Source: Amoebidium appalachense (Eukaryota > Protista > Ichthyosporea). Taken from it: DNA of 64,000 bases. Below are positions 57,984 to 64,000 of this stretch, one piece after another. The stretch covers positions 1,293,062-1,357,061 of the forward strand of contig CAVNZM010000016.1 of assembly GCA_963693365.1 (NCBI GenBank), read 5' to 3'. The position numbers and the translations under genes are program-made. The first letter of the stretch is position 1. Every line of letters begins with the position of its first letter. A model generated the notes under the pieces. The model saw nothing but the letters and a program-made list of their open reading frames with translations, did not search any database and was not told the DNA's origin.

Positions 57984-58474
57984 TCTACGCGCACACCCAC
58001 ACACACAGCTAGAACATAGGGGTTCGGAGCTAGGACACACGAGTACAGGGAAACGGAGCTCGGGAGAACGGGCCAATAGGGCTGAGTACAAAATTTCGCA
58101 GGCCAACTACGGCGCCCGCGCGCGTCAAGAATAAATGTCCCTATACAAAGACGTTTATTCTGGCCACTGCACATAATTTTACTCCCCCCCCCCCCCATCC
58201 CACGAGCCTCCCCCCCCTTACACTCACCTAGCACTCCCTCCCCCCCCCCTTTCTTCTACCGCTGTGTCCGCCCACACCCCCGCGTGCTCGGGCACATTCC
58301 CCTGCACAGGGCCCCGCTGCCCTCCCTGCCAACCCTCACTTGGGCCAAGCTGCCCTACTCTAACCCCCCGGGGCCCTGCTGCCCCCCCCCCCCCCCCCCC
58401 CCCCAACACCCCCCCCCCCCCCCCCCCCCCCCCCGCTGCCGGGATCTCCCCAAGGGTACACCACCCTTGCTAAC

Positions 58475-60118
58475 CACCCCTTCCCCCGAGGCTCAGACCC
58501 GGAGGCCCGCCCGCTGCCCCAGCACCACATTGACACCTCCCGCCTCCGGGAACTGCTGGCCTCCTACCCGGACCAACCATTCGCCGCACAACTCCTCCAC
58601 GATGTCGAATTCGGCGTCGACATCGGCTATCGCGGCCCCTCCACCTCTCGGGTGGGCCCCAACCTACCCACCACCCCGGAGGCAGCTGCCGCTATCACGG
58701 TGGATATTGCCAAAGAAGTCGCCCTCGGCCACCTGCGCGGCCCCCTCTCCCCGGCCCAATTCTTTGACGAATTTCCCGTCCACCGTTCCTCCCCCATCGG
58801 CGCCGTTACCAAGAAAGGGAACCCCCCCAAGTACCGTCGAATCCACCACCTCTCCTGGCCCCGGGGTAGCAGTGTCAATGACAGCATCACCTACCCCGAC
58901 GAACTTCAGTACATTCGCGCCCGGGATGTCACCCAACTCATTCTCGACGCAGGCCCCGGCTGCTACATGGCCGTGGCAGATGTGCAGGCTGCCTTCCGGC
59001 ACATGCCCATCCGACCGGAAGACCACCACTTAATGGCATTCAAATGGCAAGGGCATTTTTACGTTGAAACCAGACTGCCCTTCGGCCTGAAATCTAGCCC
59101 AGCCATCTGGGAACGGATCGCGGCCACCCTACAGTGGCTGGCACACCAGCACGGTATTACCCTCATCCGCCACTACGTAGACGACTGGATTATAGTCGCC
59201 CCCACACAACAGCAGTGCCAACGTCACCTATCCACCTTTCTGCAACTCTGCCGAGAGCTGCACATTGCCATCTCCGAAGACAAGATGCAGGGCCCGGCTA
59301 CCCGTGTCGTCTTCATCGGTATCGAATTCGACTCCATCGCCATGGAGGCACGAATCCCGGCTTCCAAGCTCTCGGACCTACTCGACCTCACTTCCCACCC
59401 AAAGCCCACCATCACCATTCGGGACCTCCAGTCCCTCCTCGGCAAACTCACCTGGTGTGCCCAGCTGGTTCCCCCCGGGAGGGCCTTCTCCCAGCGCCTA
59501 TGGGCCCTTCTCCGGACCCACCCACACCTTGCCGGCCACCACCACATACGACTGACTGCTGCCGCCCGGGCCGACATAGCCGAATGGCACCAGTTCCTCA
59601 CATCATGGAATGGGGTGCACCTCATCACACCCCCCACATACACCACCCTGGCCACTGATGCTGCCGGATCGGTGGGTCTAGGTGGCCACTGGCTCGACCA
59701 ATGGTTCTTCATGCCCTGGTCCCCCTCCACCCAAGCCCTCTATGCTCATGAGGGTAAACTCGGTTCTTCCGTCATCGAACTCCTGGCCATCGCAGCCGCC
59801 GTGGCCCTCTGGGCCCCCTCCTGGTCCACCCACCATGTCCGTATTTTATGCGACAACACGGGTGCTGTGTCTGACCTGCACTCCCGGTCTTCCCCCCACC
59901 CCGTGATGGCCAAACTTATTCGGTTCATCACCCGCATGGAAATGCAATACCAATTTACGTTACAGGCATCCTACCTACCAGGACCCCTCAACCATCTGGC
60001 CGATGCCATTTCTCGTAACCAACTTCCCCGGGCCCGACGACTCCGACCTTCCCTGCAACCGGAGCCCTGCCCCTTCCCCTCCTGGGTCCACGAGTTCCTA
60101 TCCCTTCCCTTGGGCTAA
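58475..60118 (+). CDS. Ngaro reverse transcriptase / RNase H (start uncertain)
   Basis: YPD..GVDIGYRG, KYRRIHHLSWP..SVND, DVQAAFR, LPFGLKSSP, YVDD; RNase H motifs TDAA, ELLAI, CDN, NHLADAISR. The N-terminus is obscured by poly-C runs. Confidence 0.92.
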   Translation, partial: HPFPRGSDPEARPLPQHHIDTSRLRELLASYPDQPFAAQLLHDVEFGVDIGYRGPSTSRVGPNLPTTPEAAAAITVDIAKEVALGHLRGPLSPAQFFDEFPVHRSSPIGAVTKKGNPPKYRRIHHLSWPRGSSVNDSITYPDELQYIRARDVTQLILDAGPGCYMAVADVQAAFRHMPIRPEDHHLMAFKWQGHFYVETRLPFGLKSSPAIWERIAATLQWLAHQHGITLIRHYVDDWIIVAPTQQQCQRHLSTFLQLCRELHIAISEDKMQGPATRVVFIGIEFDSIAMEARIPASKLSDLLDLTSHPKPTITIRDLQSLLGKLTWCAQLVPPGRAFSQRLWALLRTHPHLAGHHHIRLTAAARADIAEWHQFLTSWNGVHLITPPTYTTLATDAAGSVGLGGHWLDQWFFMPWSPSTQALYAHEGKLGSSVIELLAIAAAVALWAPSWSTHHVRILCDNTGAVSDLHSRSSPHPVMAKLIRFITRMEMQYQFTLQASYLPGPLNHLADAISRNQLPRARRLRPSLQPEPCPFPSWVHEFLSLPLG

Positions 60119-60172
60119 CCCCCCCCCCCCCCCCCCCCCCCAGATCTCCCGTTCCGGAGCAACACTGGCAGA

Positions 60173-61204
60173 TTGGCCCCCCACTTTGCTCCGGCCGAGC
60201 TGCTTCGAGCCACCACTACCCTGCAGGAATGCCAGGCCCTGAGTCTCAACCTCGACTCTCGGGCCTTTTACTCCCGGGTGCAAAAAGTGTTCATCGATTT
60301 CTGTGTGGCATCTCGGCTGCAATCCTCCTCCGGGTCCTCCCTCCCGGCCTCCCCACACACCGTGCAACTTTTTCTCGCCTGGTGTGCCCAACGAGGGGTA
60401 CAGGCCTCTTCCTTAACCGGCTACAATTCGGCCATCACCAGGCTCCACCTCGACATGGGCCTCCCTGCTCCCTACCCCCACGACAAGTCTCTGGCCTGGT
60501 TCCTACGGGGGGTGGGCCGATGGCAGCTTTCTCACAACATCCGACCCCGCTCATCCACCAGGGAACCCCTCCTCCCCTCCCACCTCCGCCTACTCCATGG
60601 CCAGTGCCCCACCAAGGCCTCCTCGGCCAATCTCCGGCTATGGACGGCCCTCATCGTCGGTTTCTGTGGTCTCCTCCGTTCAGGGGAATTTACCTCCAAG
60701 ACCCTGACTTCTTTCGACCCGTCCCGTCACGTTAAACGGAAGGACGTGACCTTCAGCTACACCCCCACCGGTACTTTGTCCCATGCCACCCTCCACCTGC
60801 CAACCTCTAAGACGGATGTACAGGCCCGAGGTGTCAACGTCACCCTAGCTGCCCTGCCCCTCACCCACTTCTCCCCAGCCCATCTCCTCCGGCAGTTCCT
60901 GGATACAACGTCCGGTCAACCCGACGACCCCCTCTTCAGTCTCGGTGGCATCCCCTACACCAAGAGTGCTTTCTCTGCCGATTTCCGTGCCCTCCTCTCC
61001 CGGGCAGGCCTCTCACCCTCCCGGTTTGCCGGACACAGCCTCCGCATCGGGGGGGCCACAGCACTGGCTGAGGCCGGGGTCGACGACTCCCGGATCAAAC
61101 AACTCGGCCGGTGGTCCTCCGACTGCTTCCTGATCTATACCCGACTTCGTCCGGCCTCCATTGCTGCCACCACCACACGTGTATTCGCCTCTATTCTTAA
61201 GTGA
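60173..61204 (+). CDS. Tyrosine recombinase of the Ngaro element
   Basis: Intact catalytic set: LLRSGEF, SKTD, GHSLRIGGAT, LGRWSS..F..Y. Confidence 0.94.
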   Translation: MAPHFAPAELLRATTTLQECQALSLNLDSRAFYSRVQKVFIDFCVASRLQSSSGSSLPASPHTVQLFLAWCAQRGVQASSLTGYNSAITRLHLDMGLPAPYPHDKSLAWFLRGVGRWQLSHNIRPRSSTREPLLPSHLRLLHGQCPTKASSANLRLWTALIVGFCGLLRSGEFTSKTLTSFDPSRHVKRKDVTFSYTPTGTLSHATLHLPTSKTDVQARGVNVTLAALPLTHFSPAHLLRQFLDTTSGQPDDPLFSLGGIPYTKSAFSADFRALLSRAGLSPSRFAGHSLRIGGATALAEAGVDDSRIKQLGRWSSDCFLIYTRLRPASIAATTTRVFASILK

Positions 61205-62196
61205 AACCTTTGGAGCAAGCATACTGCTCTCGTGCCGTGGTTTACAACCATTGCAGGTTCACTTTCGTCCAAGGGGATGTCCCCCTAGAGGCAACACACG
61301 TCCCGGAGTAGTTTTTCATAGAGGTTTTATTTGTGGAAATTATTGACATAAATATTTTTCTGGGTAAACACGTAGGATGGGTGTTCGATACCAACATAAC
61401 CATGTAGGCTTCATTTCGTGTTTTAGCAGTTAGCGGTTGGCTGCCCGCACACGGGCACCTATTAGCCAGTCAAAACATCAGATACCACAGATCACTAGAC
61501 CGAGTTATGATTGGCTCGGATCAGATTTCACATATCACTAGATCGATTTTTGATTGGTTCAGATCGGTAGGCTTAGGTATATAAGCACGACAGTTTTTAG
61601 CAGATCAGCAAGCTACAAACACATCTTCTGTGTTTAGCATCCACAGCCTTACAGCTATATATTCCTTTTCACCCACCCACCTACACCCACACACAACCCC
61701 CATTGATCCACACATACGTGCTGTTTTTTCACGGGGCGAAGCCTTCCCCCGTTTTTTGGGCACATGGACCTCACGGATCAATAAATTGAGCCCCCCCCCC
61801 CCCCCCCCCCCCCACAAAACCCCCCCCCGCCACCAACCCCCCCCCCCCCACACAAACCCCGACCCCCCCCCCAACAGGCCCGCCCCCACAAAAAACAGCC
61901 ATAGGACAAAGAGCCGGTACCCACCCAAAACACCTAGCCCGCCCCCCAAAACCAAGGCCGGGGGGGGGGGGGCGGCGCCCCCCCCCCCACACACACACAC
62001 ACACAGACACAGACACAGCAACCAAGCCAGACCAGAAGACACGCACAACACGGAGGGGAGCGGGCGGACGACGCGAGGACGAACCCCCCGCCCCAGCCCC
62101 CCCGCGCGCGCGCCGCGCACACACAACACACACACACCCCCCCCCCCCCCCCCCCCCACGCCCCCCCCCTCCCCCCCCCCCCCTCCCCCCCCCCCG

Positions 62197-62230
<34 letters not shown>

Positions 62231-62248
62231 ACCTACCCCCCCCCCCCC

Positions 62249-62283
<35 letters not shown>

Positions 62284-62349
62284 ACCCCCCCCCCCCCCCC
62301 CCGCGGTGGCGGGACCCCAAGCCGCGGGCCCCCCCCAAAGAAGTAAAAA

Positions 62350-63710
62350 CTAGCTACAAGGGGGTCTATGAGCTACACTGTGTTTTTGTGACCTCGTCCC
62401 AGGGCACACCCCATCCCCCCATAAACTTGGTAAATCTCCGTGCTAGAGGCTGTTCTGTGGGTAGTTATTGAAAAACCAATAATGTCTAGGTAACATATGT
62501 ACATATACTATGCTACAAGGGGGGTTCTATACGAGCTACAACGTTGTGTTTTTTTCGTGTGACCCTCGTACTCCAGGGGCACATTCACCATCCCCCCCAT
62601 AAACTGTGTGGTAAATGTCTCGTGCTAGAAGCTGTTCTGTGGGTAGTTATCGAAAAAACCAATAATGTGTAAGTAACACATGTGCATATATTATGCTACA
62701 GGGGGTTCTATTCGAGCTACAACGTTGTTTTTTTTGTGTGACCCTCGTACTCTAGGGGCACATCACCATCCCCCCATAAACTTGTGGTAAATGTCTCGTC
62801 GAACTTTGATAGAAAAAACCAAAACATAACCACTCCCCGGGCCCCGTACCCGGGCCACACCATCCCCCCCATAAACTTTCACCAGAAAAATAAAAAACGA
62901 GCCACGTTACCCCTACTCCAGGCCCACCATCCCCATAAATTTTAAACTTCTAGAACTTTCGGTATACGAAAAACCAATAATTTAATAACACATGTACATA
63001 TATTATCGCTACAATTCTATTCGAGCTACAACTTTGTTTTCGTTGACCCTCGTACTCCAGGGGCACATTCACCATCCCCCCATAAACTGTGTGTAAATGT
63101 CTCGTGCTAGAAGCTGTTCTGTGGGTAGTTATTGAAAAACCAATAATGTCTAGGTAACACATATACATATATTATGCTACAAGGGGGTTCTATTCGAGCT
63201 ACAACGTTGTGTTTTTTTCGTGTGACCCTCGTACTCCAGGGGCACATTCACTATCCCCCCATAAACTTTGTGGTAAATTTCTCGTGCGAGAGGCTGTTCT
63301 GTGGGTAGTTATTGAAAAAACCAATAATGTGTAAGTAACACATGTACAAATATTATGCTACAAGGGGGTTCTATTCGAGCTACAACGTTGTGTTTTTTTC
63401 GTGTGACCCTCGTACTCCAGGGGCACATTCACCATCCCCCCCATAAACTGTGTGGTAAATGTCTCGTGCTAGAAGCTGTTCTGTGGGTAGTTATTGAAAA
63501 AACCAATAATGTGTAAGTAACACATGTACATATACTATGCTACAAGGGGGGTTCTATTCGAGCTACAACGTTGTGTTTTTTTCGTGTGGCCCTCGTACTC
63601 CAAGGGCACATTCACCATCTCCCCTTATAATTTGTGGTGAATTTATCGTGCTAGAAGCTACTCTGTGGGTAGTTAGTGAAAAAACCCGATGCTTATAAGT
63701 AACGCATGCA
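62350..63710. repeat. Tandem satellite, ~181-bp unit, about 7-8 copies
   Basis: ATGCTACAAGGGGGTTCTATTCGAGCTACAACGTTG...GACCCTCGTACTCCAGGGGCACATTCACCATCCCCCCATAAAC... recurs at ~62510, 62693, 63174, 63355 and 63537, with degraded copies in between. Confidence 0.95.
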
Positions 63711-63932
63711 CAAATTGTCATCATAGCATTACACTACCATAGTAGTTGGTCGACAATAACGATATATTGGGAATGTGGACACCATATTGTAAACCAAAAA
63801 ATAATAACACCATAATATACTACACATACCTAACAATGTATTGTGAATGAATAAAATACTTGCTTACGTGCTGGTAACATACGAGAAACAAGGATTCTCT
63901 CGCTCTTTTTTTCTTTCTTTTTTGTTTGTTTT

Positions 63933-63977
<45 letters not shown>

Positions 63978-64000
63978 AAGGGGGGGGGGGGGGGGGGGGG

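Larger units (their letters stand above)
56424..61672 (+). mobile_element. Ngaro-type (DIRS order) tyrosine-recombinase retrotransposon
   Basis: Apparently identical 351-bp direct repeats at 56424-56774 and 61322-61672, lacking TG..CA ends. Gene order is gag, RT/RH, YR. The expected terminal B2 repeat is not recognisable in the low-complexity sequence that follows. Confidence 0.93.

Noticed and set aside
61673-62345. Pro/Gly-rich ORFs after the Ngaro element
   Set aside because: Poly-C-dominated sequence that looks low quality; no credible coding signal.

Overview
Repeat-dense eukaryotic genomic window. It has spliceosomal GT-AG introns and abundant (CA/GT)n, (CT/GA)n and poly-C/G tracts, and some homopolymer frameshifts look like long-read errors. 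Host-type genes reconstructed by hand: (i) a diverged tandem pair of 4-exon, triple-AP2-domain genes (19261-22473, intact, 445 aa; 27018-30390, frameshifted), whose first ~100 aa resemble an organelle-targeting presequence; (ii) a 5-exon GT47 exostosin-family glycosyltransferase resembling plant MUR3/KAM1 (47077-42483, 489 aa); (iii) a short orphan ORF (39714-39280). A spliced Sola/DUF7869-type DDD transposase (390-3823) carries a regular array of 18-bp palindromes in its intron. The rest is mobile DNA: a decayed chromoviral Gypsy, two TTAA/GG Kolobok-type MITEs, a tRNA-headed SINE with a 12-bp TSD, a non-autonomous split-direct-repeat (Ngaro/PAT-like) element, two LINE 3' ends, a very young full-length Copia with gag starting inside the LTR, a decayed second Copia interrupted by a near-intact Ngaro-type tyrosine-recombinase retrotransposon, an AT-rich repeat island and a ~181-bp tandem satellite. 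All family assignments come from motifs read by eye; no database searches were run and the organism cannot be identified from this window.
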